A stretch of DNA of 64,000 nt from a phage. The stretch lies in the NCBI GenBank assembly GCA_012365435.1, contig GCA_012365435.1_4518.1. One strand, written 5' to 3'. A program made the position numbers and the translations under genes. Shown one piece after another: positions 1 through 9,316 of the stretch (positions are counted from its first letter, which is position 1; the number at the start of each line of letters is the position of its first letter). The notes beneath the pieces were generated by a model. That model was not told where the DNA came from. It ran no database searches and was given only the letters and a program-made list of their open reading frames with translations.

Positions 1-28
1 AAAAAAAAAGGGAGACGTTGTCTCCCTT
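1..28 (-). terminator. Intrinsic-terminator-like hairpin (GGGAGAC-loop-GTCTCCC) followed by a U-run on the - strand
   Basis: Perfect 7-bp stem at 10..28 with nine A on + strand (U-run on - strand) immediately downstream of ORF 36..401. Confidence 0.5.
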
Positions 29-35
29 TAGGGGT

Positions 36-401
36 TTATTTACGGAATGAAAGGAATGCTGGTGCTCGGAACGGAGTATCATCTTTAGAGTATTTAACTA
101 ATACGACCATTGGTACCTCTGTTTCTAAATGACCTGTCAGTACACCGATAAAAATTTGATCAGTGTGTTCAGGGTCACGAAAGTTTTTAAGAGGTTCCAT
201 AGCAATATGGAATGCACCTGGGAATACTCGATTCAATTCGTCAATCACAGCTTCGTTAAAAACATCATCTGCCGGGATAACATCTTCAACTACTAGTTCT
301 TGACCATTAAAGCGAAGCATAGATTTCATAACGTTTTCCTCATGTTGTTGATGGGATGATAGTATCACACATCCATGTGCTTGTAAACTATCCTTGAACA
401 A
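36..401 (-). CDS. Hypothetical protein, 121 aa
   Basis: ORF downstream of alt on same strand, followed by terminator hairpin; no recognisable motif. Confidence 0.45.
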   Translation of the reverse strand: MFKDSLQAHGCVILSSHQQHEENVMKSMLRFNGQELVVEDVIPADDVFNEAVIDELNRVFPGAFHIAMEPLKNFRDPEHTDQIFIGVLTGHLETEVPMVVLVKYSKDDTPFRAPAFLSFRK

Positions 402-2475
402 ATTTAAACGGAACCGATTCTAAATCCATTAAAGATGCTAACAATTTCAAACCTTTAGGTGCACTAGTTTTTTCTACAAATGAGGAGAACGATACCGGCT
501 CATCCGATTCGATTTCACCCGTCATAGCAACCACCTCGCCTGTTTCCATGAGAACATCACCATCATAAATGACGGCTTCATCCAACTGGTCTGAGGACAT
601 GACTTCAGCTTGAATAAATTTAAGGTTGGATTCTAAACCTGCACCGGTGTCAGATGACGCATCTGTAATTTTATTTATCTGCAAGAGAATGCCTCTAGGC
701 AAAATAATTTCTTGCTCATTAGGGTGATTACTCAACTGTCCTGGATAAATCACGTTAACTTTATGGGCGCCATCGATAGCCCATCCAACGTTAACACGGA
801 TTTGTTCTGGTGCATGCATAGCTGTTCTTACTTGACTAGGAGAAATAGTAACACCTTCGTCATTATTGTCAATGTTAAGCTCTTTGCGAACTTCTTCAGG
901 AGCAAGTCCAAGGGCAACGTTCTCTTTAAACCCACCGAAAATAATAGGAGCTAGTGAAGTGGAAACATAGTTTCTGAAGTAGAATACCTTATTTTTAACC
1001 ATTGCTTCGTAAATAGGCATTCTGATAGACTGAGCTCTATATAACGTTAGTCCTTCAGGTAAACGGTCTCCATTTAAAAACGCCGAATCAAGACCATCAA
1101 TAGCGCGTTTAACTTCATCTTCATCCGCAACATCGTAAAAATCTGGTTTATAACGACCTAACAACATATTATTGATATCGGTATACGCAGAAGAGGCATA
1201 TTCACGAATAGCTCGTTTTTCAGCAACAGAGTATTGTTTAGGGTCCCGATTCATTGTTATATTAAAGGTGCCTCTAGCCGATTCTCGTGCATAAGTATAC
1301 ATCACATTAGACAAGAACGCTGATTTACGTTGTTTCCAAGTTCTTTCAGATACTTCAGCTAAAACATCGTCAGGCAGTTGGAAATTATCACGTCTAAAAT
1401 CTTCAAACCATTCGTCTCTAATAGAGTCTGCAATTTCGTTTGCAGCTTCAACAAAAGCGGCTAATGCTTTAACAGATGTTGTTTTTTCAGTTTTAATTTT
1501 CTTAGCAAACTTTTCTAAAGTCGGCTTAATAACACTACCATAAGAAACTTCATCAGCAAATTTAAAGGATTCATCAATACGATTATAAATCTTATTTTCG
1601 ATATCAGCAACTAAAGTGCCTTTTGCTGTGGACGATGCTTGGGCTAGTACAATTTCATATGCTTCAGGAAGTAATTCGGCTGTAGCTGGGCCACTAACTT
1701 CTTTAGCAGAATTTTCATATTTCTGGAATAACTCACCTTCTTGGCGGTCAGCTTCTAAAGATTGACTTGCTGCAATAGCACGACGAGAAATTTTAGTACG
1801 AGCAATAACAGGCTTATCTTTACGTTTTTCTTCTACAGCAGCAATAGAACCAGCAATAGCCGTTTCTTTGGTGACCTTTTCACCAGTCTTTTTACTCACA
1901 TAAACTTCGCCAACATCAGAATCTACTTTCGTGTACAACTCTGTGTTAATGTTAGGGATGCCTTTAATATCTTCAATGTTGGCATTTTTACGAACCATCA
2001 TCACATAGGTGTGTTTACCTGTGAATTGATACATTGCCGACAATACTTTAAAACGACCACCAGTTTTAGTAGAAACTAAACGAGCAAGAAGAGTTTGAAG
2101 CTGCTGTCCACGTCCTTTCAATTTCTTGGTAGGGAATCGGAACAGAACTGCATCCATACGAAGAGCTTTAACCTGTTCATACACTGTGTTGAAAATGGTG
2201 TTGATTGCATCAATAGGAGCAGGACCAAGGCCATTTTTCAATTCAGCGAGATTACCCTTTTCAGACAGACTCATAATAACGACATGAGCGTATTTGTCGC
2301 CAAGTTTAACTTGTTTTACAGCGTCGCCTTCGGAAAGGTAAGAGAATAAACGAACTACGATGTTTGTATCGATATCACCAATTTTCCAGACTTGTGGAAC
2401 TTTAGCTTTAGGGTTCAAATTGACGACAGGAAGACTGCCTTCAGATTCAAACACTTCATTTAATTGTTCAGACAT
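388..2475 (-). CDS. alt: Alt-like ADP-ribosyltransferase (virion-injected), 695 aa
   Basis: Size close to T4 Alt (682 aa), position adjacent to DNA ligase as in T4; assignment by synteny and recalled similarity. Confidence 0.7.
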   Translation of the reverse strand: MSEQLNEVFESEGSLPVVNLNPKAKVPQVWKIGDIDTNIVVRLFSYLSEGDAVKQVKLGDKYAHVVIMSLSEKGNLAELKNGLGPAPIDAINTIFNTVYEQVKALRMDAVLFRFPTKKLKGRGQQLQTLLARLVSTKTGGRFKVLSAMYQFTGKHTYVMMVRKNANIEDIKGIPNINTELYTKVDSDVGEVYVSKKTGEKVTKETAIAGSIAAVEEKRKDKPVIARTKISRRAIAASQSLEADRQEGELFQKYENSAKEVSGPATAELLPEAYEIVLAQASSTAKGTLVADIENKIYNRIDESFKFADEVSYGSVIKPTLEKFAKKIKTEKTTSVKALAAFVEAANEIADSIRDEWFEDFRRDNFQLPDDVLAEVSERTWKQRKSAFLSNVMYTYARESARGTFNITMNRDPKQYSVAEKRAIREYASSAYTDINNMLLGRYKPDFYDVADEDEVKRAIDGLDSAFLNGDRLPEGLTLYRAQSIRMPIYEAMVKNKVFYFRNYVSTSLAPIIFGGFKENVALGLAPEEVRKELNIDNNDEGVTISPSQVRTAMHAPEQIRVNVGWAIDGAHKVNVIYPGQLSNHPNEQEIILPRGILLQINKITDASSDTGAGLESNLKFIQAEVMSSDQLDEAVIYDGDVLMETGEVVAMTGEIESDEPVSFSSFVEKTSAPKGLKLLASLMDLESVPFKFVQG

Positions 2476-2508
2476 AGTGTTTTCCTTTTAGTAATAATTT
2501 ATATTTAT

Positions 2509-2529
2509 GCCAAAAAGAGCCCGAAGGCT
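2509..2529 (-). terminator. Tetraloop hairpin (AGAGCC-UUCG-GGCUCU on - strand) followed by U-run
   Basis: Inverted repeat agagcccgaaggctct with A5 on + strand upstream. Confidence 0.45.
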
Positions 2530-2530
2530 C

Positions 2531-2740
2531 TTAATCCACAATCGGGAGCAAAGTACGATAAACTTCAAAATTAGGGCCTTTTTCGTACTTATCAAAATTG
2601 TCCATAAAAATATGATAGGAATCGTTATTAGGAAAATCTAATATAATCTGAGAACAAGAGGTGGAAACATCTCCACCATCCTTCTTAGCTACAATAACTG
2701 TTTCTAAATAAGCTTTCATTATAAACCTGTCTGGGACCAC
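2531..2740 (-). CDS. Hypothetical small protein (69 aa; true start may be the internal Met at MKAYLET)
   Basis: ORF between ligase and alt; overlaps ligase 3' end by 22 nt if the long start is used. Confidence 0.4.
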   Translation of the reverse strand: MVPDRFIMKAYLETVIVAKKDGGDVSTSCSQIILDFPNNDSYHIFMDNFDKYEKGPNFEVYRTLLPIVD

Positions 2741-4212
2741 GGTCCAAATACGTCTTCAAATGAATCCGCTTCTGTTTTATCAAAACGGAACCCTTTAATA
2801 ATTGGAAGGAAAATACCTACAGTACCTTCACGGCCTTTAGAATGAACCCAACCATTACATTCGCAATCAGCAATACGTCCAATCAATTTACCTTCATGAG
2901 CTTCAGCCATTAATCGTTCACGGTCTAAATCATGACGCTCATCTAAAGGAATAAGAACCTTTACACCATCAACTGTTTTATGAGTTGTATCTTTAAACCC
3001 TGAACCACAATCGGTTGTAATACGACGACAACGTGATACGAGTTCGACACCACCTAATTTGTTAGGGTCTTTAGAGTGTTCATAGTATCCTACAACTTCT
3101 AAAGCGATATCAATAACTTCTTTAAATTTAATTAGGTTCTTAGAGCGTTTGTTTTCCCAGTATGAATCACGGTTTTTAAGGATAATACCTTCAAGACCTT
3201 GGTCAACATATTTTTTATAAACCACTTTAGCTTCGTCAAGATTACGAACTAACTGATTTTCAATTGGCTCAATTCGCTTAAAGCCTTCAGCCATATTTTC
3301 AAGAGCAGCAAAACGAACATCGTATTTCTGACCTTTAATTTTGCCATCAGAGTAGACTTCATCTAAAGGAACATAGTCCCAGGCTTGAAGAACCATACCT
3401 TCCGCTTCTTTAGGAGAAATAGTCCCTTGAAGAGATTTATTTGCTAAACCATTTGAAGTGCTACGGTCTGCAACTTGTACTTCTTCGGATTCTTCATTAT
3501 CGCCAAATAAGAACGACAGGTCATTTCCTGAGCTCACAGCCTTTTTAATATCAAATGAATGATAAACTAATTCACCGTCGATTAAAACCCCATTAGGGTG
3601 TCTTTCACGAGCTTCTTTAGTCATTTCCATTAGTTCATCTGCTAATAGAGTAAGACCATGGTATTCGTTACCGGCACGAGAAAAGAATTGAACGCCATCA
3701 TCGCGAACTTCAGCGAAACAACGAGCACCATCTGCCTTTAATTGGGCAAATGCAGGCCATTTAATATTTTTAGTAATCAATTTCTCATCATATGCAGATG
3801 CTAACATCTGTGGCTGCAATTGAATAAGTCCAGGCCACACCTTATTCGCGATAGACACTGAAGCACCTACTTCAAGGTCTCGCATCATTACACGACGAAG
3901 GACTTCTACATCATCAGGTTTACCGTCAGCGATATAACCCATGAGCTCTTTAATTGCAGCATTACCAGTGAGTTTACGAGTGGCTAATGTGAACTCAATA
4001 AAATCCAACATGTCATCTAATTCAAGAAGACCATACGCTTGAGACCTTTCACCTGGTCCTGGCCATTTCTTAATATAATACTGGATACCACGTGCATATG
4101 TTAAACGATACACACGTTCAAGTAATTTGTTGTCCTTATTTTTCTTAAGGATTTCTTGTTTTGTTTTAGTAGAACCGATCGCAGCTATTTGGTTTAAAAT
4201 ATCTAAAATCAT
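2719..4212 (-). CDS. 30: ATP-dependent DNA ligase, 497 aa
   Basis: KxDG adenylation motif (KADGARCF), length and overall match to T4 gp30. Confidence 0.95.
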   Translation of the reverse strand: MILDILNQIAAIGSTKTKQEILKKNKDNKLLERVYRLTYARGIQYYIKKWPGPGERSQAYGLLELDDMLDFIEFTLATRKLTGNAAIKELMGYIADGKPDDVEVLRRVMMRDLEVGASVSIANKVWPGLIQLQPQMLASAYDEKLITKNIKWPAFAQLKADGARCFAEVRDDGVQFFSRAGNEYHGLTLLADELMEMTKEARERHPNGVLIDGELVYHSFDIKKAVSSGNDLSFLFGDNEESEEVQVADRSTSNGLANKSLQGTISPKEAEGMVLQAWDYVPLDEVYSDGKIKGQKYDVRFAALENMAEGFKRIEPIENQLVRNLDEAKVVYKKYVDQGLEGIILKNRDSYWENKRSKNLIKFKEVIDIALEVVGYYEHSKDPNKLGGVELVSRCRRITTDCGSGFKDTTHKTVDGVKVLIPLDERHDLDRERLMAEAHEGKLIGRIADCECNGWVHSKGREGTVGIFLPIIKGFRFDKTEADSFEDVFGPWSQTGL

Positions 4213-4478
4213 TTGATGTCCTCGATTTTGGTTACGGTTCTATTATAAGCCACTTCATCTAGAAGCGATTTAAGCGTTTTCTGATAGGTGGTAATCCATT
4301 TACCAAGCCCTTCAACGTAATATTCTGAAATGTAGATGAACCCTTGTTCAACACACTCTTTAAATATTTCTGCGTCTTTTACTGAACGAAACAATGGCCA
4401 GTCTCGAAAGAACATGTTAACATGGCCGTAGTCACGTGTGGTGTTTTTGCCATCTGTAATATCATGAACTACAAACAT
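4209..4478 (-). CDS. Hypothetical protein, 89 aa (30.1 position)
   Basis: ORF with ATGA overlap to ligase start. Confidence 0.5.
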   Translation of the reverse strand: MFVVHDITDGKNTTRDYGHVNMFFRDWPLFRSVKDAEIFKECVEQGFIYISEYYVEGLGKWITTYQKTLKSLLDEVAYNRTVTKIEDIK

Positions 4479-4487
4479 AATTGACCC

Positions 4488-5312
4488 TTAACAATTTATA
4501 GACCAAGTCCATTTAGACGAATCTAAAGGAAAGTTTTGAATCGTCCACCACGGCTGCATATCAGTTGGTCCTGGGGTTCGCCAGGTATATGGAGTACGTG
4601 TTGTCGAGGGGCCACCAATTTGATTAGGCCATGCACCTGGACTTGTTGCACCAGATTCTTTAAGTAAATCCGCCAATCGTTTTAAAAGGTCTTCACGATC
4701 TGAATCTGAATTATGCTTGGGTGGAACCAAACGAGATTCAATATCATCCCATGTGTGTACACGTTGTGCAGTGCGAGGAATATCATCACGTTCACCACGA
4801 GCCAACCAATAAATCGGTACATTAAGAATTTCTGCCGCATGGTCACAGTGATGAGCTAAATCGTCAACGTAACAAATCACGTTATATTTTGTTTTAGCTA
4901 GTTCGAATAATTGTTCCTTTGAAGAATCATGACCACACATCATTACTTCAGAAAAGGCGCCTGGGAACAAAGCATTCAAATTAAATTGTCTATTCAATCG
5001 AGCATCAATTGAATCACCTAGCGCCGTCACGGCTACAAAATTATAGTCTTCTTTTAGTTTATTGATAACTCGAAGAGCATCCGAATAAGGCGCTAAGTAA
5101 CGAATAAAATCAGAGCGATTATATTTTTCTATTAATTGTTTACCGAGGTTATCATCGGTATTGAATAGTTTACCAGGAGAAATAAATTTTTCGTCCTGAA
5201 TCATTTTTAAAATATGTTCTAATGGAAGATTATATTTTTGGGCAAAATAAGGAAGTCCAGATTGCCAGCTTAAACATACACCATCAATATCAGTCAAAAT
5301 AGTAGGCTTCAT
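4488..5312 (-). CDS. HAD-superfamily hydrolase-like protein with low-complexity P/W/T-rich C-terminal tail, 274 aa
   Basis: N-terminal DIDGV (HAD motif I), later VDD (motif IV); last ~80 aa compositionally unusual. Confidence 0.6.
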   Translation of the reverse strand: MKPTILTDIDGVCLSWQSGLPYFAQKYNLPLEHILKMIQDEKFISPGKLFNTDDNLGKQLIEKYNRSDFIRYLAPYSDALRVINKLKEDYNFVAVTALGDSIDARLNRQFNLNALFPGAFSEVMMCGHDSSKEQLFELAKTKYNVICYVDDLAHHCDHAAEILNVPIYWLARGERDDIPRTAQRVHTWDDIESRLVPPKHNSDSDREDLLKRLADLLKESGATSPGAWPNQIGGPSTTRTPYTWRTPGPTDMQPWWTIQNFPLDSSKWTWSINC

Positions 5313-5776
5313 AAAGAGTCTCTTAATAGGTTTAACACATCAATAAATTCAGCTTCGGTTAATATTGTATCATCTTTTGTTAGGTGGCTGGCCATGCTGT
5401 GCTTCAAAATTTTTCCTTTCGAAGCCTGTAATGCATCACGAAACCCCTTGTTTTGGATCGCGGCTTCAAAATATGCATTTGTGTATAATTCTTTCCACGC
5501 TTCAGAGTATCTTGAAAATGGAACTCCTAACCAGAAGAGTGTCCCATGGTCCTGAGCTCTTGCATAAGACCTTCCAGCTTGCTGTGCGGCCAGTCCTGAC
5601 AGCCCAAATATACGTCTTTGTTGTTCAACATTTTTCACCTTACATCCTTGGAGAAATCCTTCAAGACCTCCGAATTGAATACCATCCATAACGAAAGGCC
5701 ACTGGGCAAAATTACTTAATGCACATGACGGCCATCTAAAATTGCTTCTAATCTCTAACTCAGACATCTTTAACAC
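5309..5776 (-). CDS. NADAR (YbiA/DUF1768) domain protein, 155 aa
   Basis: LSNFAQWPF..DG..F...E.FLQ..K matches the YbiA/NADAR signature FSNFAAWP..DG..W...EHYFQAQK; stop/start overlap with HAD ORF. Confidence 0.65.
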   Translation of the reverse strand: MLKMSELEIRSNFRWPSCALSNFAQWPFVMDGIQFGGLEGFLQGCKVKNVEQQRRIFGLSGLAAQQAGRSYARAQDHGTLFWLGVPFSRYSEAWKELYTNAYFEAAIQNKGFRDALQASKGKILKHSMASHLTKDDTILTEAEFIDVLNLLRDSL

Positions 5777-5972
5777 TTATAATTTCAACATCAGCCCAAT
5801 GACCATAAGCCGGTAGACGGTCTTTGATAGATAATCCACCGTCATATTTCAGCATTTTAATTGTTTTAGTATATGGTTCAACTTTTCGGGCCCATGGGCT
5901 TACATCAGTCACACGATACGTAACTTCAACCATTTCTGTACCTAACAATTTCTGGATTAATTTATTCAACAT
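5760..5972 (-). CDS. Hypothetical protein, 70 aa
   Basis: ORF in early cluster, same strand. Confidence 0.4.
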   Translation of the reverse strand: MLNKLIQKLLGTEMVEVTYRVTDVSPWARKVEPYTKTIKMLKYDGGLSIKDRLPAYGHWADVEIISVKDV

Positions 5973-6159
5973 GTTTCAACCCTTTAATAGGAGATAACTC
6001 TTTACCCATACGTATGTCAGAAGTCCAATCAACCCATTGAACAGCATACGCTTCATTGATAATTCCAGCGGCGGTTTTAAATTCAGGGAGAACTTTAAAA
6101 ATCACCCCAGGAATTCCAACACCTTTTAATTGGACTGTTTGTGCTATTAAAAATTTCAT
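5962..6159 (-). CDS. Hypothetical protein, 65 aa
   Basis: ORF preceded by early-promoter-like element at 6180..6215. Confidence 0.4.
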   Translation of the reverse strand: MKFLIAQTVQLKGVGIPGVIFKVLPEFKTAAGIINEAYAVQWVDWTSDIRMGKELSPIKGLKHVE

Positions 6160-6213
6160 ATTTTTCCACTTACTAAAGAAATCATTATACTCTAATCCGT
6201 CCTTGGATGTAAA

Positions 6214-6828
6214 CTACTTAATGAAATTAATTTCTACCGGATGAACAATAGGTTGAGCAGTGATATATTGAGTAACTGCTTTCATGACTAGAGCTTCAGA
6301 ACCAGGATTTTTCTCAACGAATTCACGTGCTTGGTTATGAGCTTCAAGTTCACTTAGTAAACCACTTCTTTGACATCCACGGTCTTGAGTACCCTGTTCA
6401 GATAAAAAGGCGACGATGTATTTTTCATCGTCATACGGTTTAGGCAGTTGAGCAAATGTTCCTTTACTTCCAAAAGGAGAGTTATGACACCACATCACAC
6501 CGTGAGGAGTTTCAACCTTGGTATATTCGTGTGGACCATTTTTCTTAGTTTCTTGTTGTGAAACTTCATGGACCTTATGGTTATGACATTCAATAAAATG
6601 CTCATCTAAATCAGTCGAGAATATTAAAGTAAAACAATTACTGAATTTACCAACACCTGCCTGATAAATTTTACCTTCAGAAGTTCTAATTTCACAAACC
6701 GAGCCGGCATCAGTAACTTCTAAAACTTCAAAAGGCTCAATAAGGTCATATGAGAACATGTTTTTAAGGCGTGGAGTAATATCCCCATTTTTAAAATTCA
6801 TTTTATAAAAAGTATTAACTTTAAACAT
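6214..6828 (-). CDS. Hypothetical protein, 204 aa
   Basis: ORF with upstream hairpin plus aggaaattATG start context. Confidence 0.55.
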   Translation of the reverse strand: MFKVNTFYKMNFKNGDITPRLKNMFSYDLIEPFEVLEVTDAGSVCEIRTSEGKIYQAGVGKFSNCFTLIFSTDLDEHFIECHNHKVHEVSQQETKKNGPHEYTKVETPHGVMWCHNSPFGSKGTFAQLPKPYDDEKYIVAFLSEQGTQDRGCQRSGLLSELEAHNQAREFVEKNPGSEALVMKAVTQYITAQPIVHPVEINFIK

Positions 6829-6863
6829 AATTTCCTCAATGGGAGCCGAAGCTCCCAGTTAAA

Positions 6864-7229
6864 TTAGATATCAAATTCGTTAAGAACTACATCAAAGATT
6901 GCTTCGAGATGTTCAGGTTTAGCTCGGTTACTCAGGATATGACGAATCCAAGTTTTAACCAGAAGTTTACGATTAACACCATTCCAGCAAGGATGAGTAC
7001 CTAAATCACGCTGACGGAAATCATCATCTAATGCAATTTTAAAATTTGAACCTTCCATCGTGATTGAAACCGTGATACCATTTTCAAATCGCATATAAAC
7101 GTAATTAGGAGTCATGCACTGTTCGATTTCACAAACTGTACCGTTTTCGTGTTTCCATAAGCAAATAACTTCAGAAGAACCAGCAATACCGTTAGAAACA
7201 TATTTGCGTTCGAAGTTGATGTAGTTCAT
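6864..7229 (-). CDS. Hypothetical protein, 121 aa
   Basis: ORF downstream of PeSL-like promoter at 7261..7299. Confidence 0.5.
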   Translation of the reverse strand: MNYINFERKYVSNGIAGSSEVICLWKHENGTVCEIEQCMTPNYVYMRFENGITVSITMEGSNFKIALDDDFRQRDLGTHPCWNGVNRKLLVKTWIRHILSNRAKPEHLEAIFDVVLNEFDI

Positions 7230-7260
7230 TTTATTCTCCAGATGTTTAAGTTGTTTATTG

Positions 7261-7299
7261 GTACAGGTCTATAATAACATAACCTGTACCAAAGTAAAC
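7261..7299 (-). promoter_or_regulatory. Early promoter with inverted repeat (PeSL-like)
   Basis: - strand GTTTAC, 17-nt spacer, TATTAT; -10 sits inside inverted repeat gtacaggt/acctgtac. Confidence 0.55.
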
Positions 7300-7303
7300 T
7301 GTT

Positions 7304-7672
7304 TTATGCAACTTTAATCCAATTGTCTAAATTTAAAACACCTTTGGCTTTCATTTTTTCGATCAGGTTATCTGCTGTAATGCGTCCATTTTGATACCAT
7401 GTAACATCTTCAGAGTAACCAGTTTCTTCGTCAACATATGTTTCTGAACGAATTTTACCGGTAATAATAGTTTTTAATTCGTACGTGTCACCTGTGAAAA
7501 AGTTTGCTAACACAATTTTCCAAGAGAAATCATCAGAAGGACCTTCAGGGGTCATACAACTTACGATCTCAAATTGCTCTTTGTATAACATCCACTGGAA
7601 TTCTTTAATTTCGATAGCTTTATAACCATCGTGGTCTTTACATTTGATGTATGAGTTCAGATTGATTTTCAT
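7304..7672 (-). CDS. Hypothetical protein, 122 aa
   Basis: ORF downstream of PeSL-like promoter at 7705..7743. Confidence 0.5.
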   Translation of the reverse strand: MKINLNSYIKCKDHDGYKAIEIKEFQWMLYKEQFEIVSCMTPEGPSDDFSWKIVLANFFTGDTYELKTIITGKIRSETYVDEETGYSEDVTWYQNGRITADNLIEKMKAKGVLNLDNWIKVA

Positions 7673-7704
7673 TTTGTTCTCCAGGTTGTTTTATTGATTA
7701 GGTG

Positions 7705-7743
7705 GTACAAGTCTATAGTAACACATCCTACAGGAGAGTAAAC
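7705..7743 (-). promoter_or_regulatory. Early promoter (PeSL-like)
   Basis: - strand GTTTAC, 17 nt, TACTAT. Confidence 0.5.
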
Positions 7744-7783
7744 ATCTTTTTAAACTTTTTTTGCCCTAAACGCACAAAAGGGA

Positions 7784-7801
7784 GACCGAAGTCTCCCTAA
7801 A
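7784..7801 (-). terminator. UUCG-tetraloop hairpin terminator
   Basis: gggagaccgaagtctccc; on - strand followed by UUUUGUGCGUUU. Confidence 0.55.
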
Positions 7802-7802
7802 A

Positions 7803-7982
7803 TTATGCAACAACCTTTCCAAAACGAGAAGCATCATCTCGAAGAACTGCACGTGCTCTGCGCATGATCTTCTCAACTGTTTGATTAATACGAGAGTTCG
7901 ACCCACGCTTGTATCCAGCGCGTTTAGAGGTACCATCAACTTTCTTTTCAACTGCTTTCTTTGCTTTAGCTTGTTTTGCCAT
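7803..7982 (-). CDS. Small highly basic protein, 59 aa (MAKQAKAKKAVEKK...)
   Basis: ORF below the 60-aa cutoff of the supplied track; SD-like aagaga upstream, terminator hairpin directly downstream; conflicts with listed ORF 7766..7951 in another frame. Confidence 0.5.
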   Translation of the reverse strand: MAKQAKAKKAVEKKVDGTSKRAGYKRGSNSRINQTVEKIMRRARAVLRDDASRFGKVVA

Positions 7983-7994
7983 TATAAATTCTCT

Positions 7995-8222
7995 TTAAAT
8001 GAAAATGCAGGACTTATTGACATTGCCTGCGCAAGCCCTCAAGGGGAACATAGGTTTTGGGTATTTAACGACAGGATAACCATAAACCTCGTCATCATAC
8101 CACCAAGACTTACACAGATAACACTTTTCTGACGCATGATAGTAACATTCAAGAGGTACACCGTAAAATTGTCGGGGCGGTACTTCTAAAACATACCGAT
8201 TCGCAAATCGATAATCAGACAA
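7995..8222 (-). CDS. Hypothetical Cys-rich protein, 75 aa
   Basis: ORF only; several Cys and Tyr/Trp. Confidence 0.35.
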   Translation of the reverse strand: MSDYRFANRYVLEVPPRQFYGVPLECYYHASEKCYLCKSWWYDDEVYGYPVVKYPKPMFPLRACAGNVNKSCIFI

Positions 8223-8244
8223 TTCGACGGCTCCTCGATTTAAC

Positions 8245-8493
8245 TTACTTCAGGGTAATAACAAAATGACGAACTGCTTTGCGTGCTGCAGAAGCCAGAG
8301 GCTTAGCATATTTCAATTCATCTTTAGCTTCCAGTTCAGAAGCCAGAGTAGCCTGAGCAGGATTCAGATGTTTGAAATATCGCAGGATTTCCAGTGCTTC
8401 GGCTTCAACATCAATTGACGCACCGTAGTTTTCGTGACCGTTATTCCATGCGTTTCGTTGCAGTTCAAGAGCGTGTTGTAATTGTTTAATCAT
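8245..8493 (-). CDS. rIII: Lysis inhibition accessory protein rIII, 82 aa
   Basis: Length and sequence match to T4 rIII, located just downstream of gene 31. Confidence 0.85.
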   Translation of the reverse strand: MIKQLQHALELQRNAWNNGHENYGASIDVEAEALEILRYFKHLNPAQATLASELEAKDELKYAKPLASAARKAVRHFVITLK

Positions 8494-8609
8494 TTTAAAT
8501 TCTCAATTCGAGATAATATTTAGTAGCCACGTTCGTCTGAATTTCACCTTCTTTCGACAAGTCTCTCAGTTGTAGGCTACCGCTTAGAAGAGTGTTCTCT
8601 TCATATAGT

Positions 8610-8617
8610 TATTTATA
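8610..8617 (-). promoter_or_regulatory. Possible late promoter (TATAAATA) upstream of rIII
   Basis: Exact TATAAATA on - strand at the 3' end of gene 31. Confidence 0.35.
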
Positions 8618-8950
8618 TCACTTATAAAGACACGGAATAGCTTTATAGTGGCATGTTACGAATTTCTGTTTAATTTCTTTAGGTTGTTTAAGTCCCAAAG
8701 CCACAAATGGATGTGGAACATTTCGAATTTGTCCAACTGGTAGTGGAGTCAAATCACCGACTTCAACAAAACCTTCAGGAACATCAGGACCTACAGAATG
8801 AACTACACATAGTTCAGGAACTTCACCTTGAATACGTTTACCAATCACAAGTCCTGATTCGGTAACTTCTTCATCACCTGCTTGAGCGGGTTCAGAAACC
8901 AGAATGACATATTCACCAACAGCACGAATTGGGAGTTGTACTTCAGACAT
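8618..8950 (-). CDS. 31: Co-chaperonin gp31 (GroES analogue), 110 aa
   Basis: Near-identical in length and sequence to T4 gp31. Confidence 0.9.
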   Translation of the reverse strand: MSEVQLPIRAVGEYVILVSEPAQAGDEEVTESGLVIGKRIQGEVPELCVVHSVGPDVPEGFVEVGDLTPLPVGQIRNVPHPFVALGLKQPKEIKQKFVTCHYKAIPCLYK

Positions 8951-9007
8951 CTTATTTCCTTGTTGTTTGACGATAGATTAATAATACCATACTATTCGTA
9001 AAGCATA

Positions 9008-9316
9008 TTACATAAGAAGCAAACGTTCTACCGGAGTACCATCAACCGAAATTACTTTATCAAGGCGGAAAGAACGCCACTGACCTAACTTGGTATCGAA
9101 TGCTCGAACTAATTCACGAGGTTCAGAACGAACTTCTGTTGCCGGATTGTTATTTTCGTATTTGACTTCAAGTTCATCACGGGAGGCAAACATCGTACGA
9201 ACATCGCCGTTAGCCTTTTCAAATACAACACAATGAACGCCTACAGACAGAATAGTTTTAATACGTTCACGAAGAACCATAGTTTCTTGTTCAGTTAAAA
9301 TCATATTATTCACCAC
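9008..9316 (-). CDS. Hypothetical protein, 102 aa
   Basis: ORF between cd and gene 31. Confidence 0.5.
   Translation of the reverse strand: MVNNMILTEQETMVLRERIKTILSVGVHCVVFEKANGDVRTMFASRDELEVKYENNNPATEVRSEPRELVRAFDTKLGQWRSFRLDKVISVDGTPVERLLLM

Noticed and set aside
712-2349. + strand ORFs (712-954, 1762-2079, 2095-2349) inside alt
   Set aside because: Antisense to a long, well-supported - strand gene; low-complexity translations; typical spurious ORFs in AT-rich DNA
2490-2509. Possible late promoter upstream of alt
   Set aside because: - strand sequence is CATAAATATAAATT; best match TATAAATT is 7/8 to the TATAAATA consensus, which is normally invariant, so not called
7766-7951. Listed 61-aa ORF
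   Set aside because: An alternative overlapping frame encodes a more protein-like basic ORF with SD and terminator; the listed ORF is probably a frame artefact
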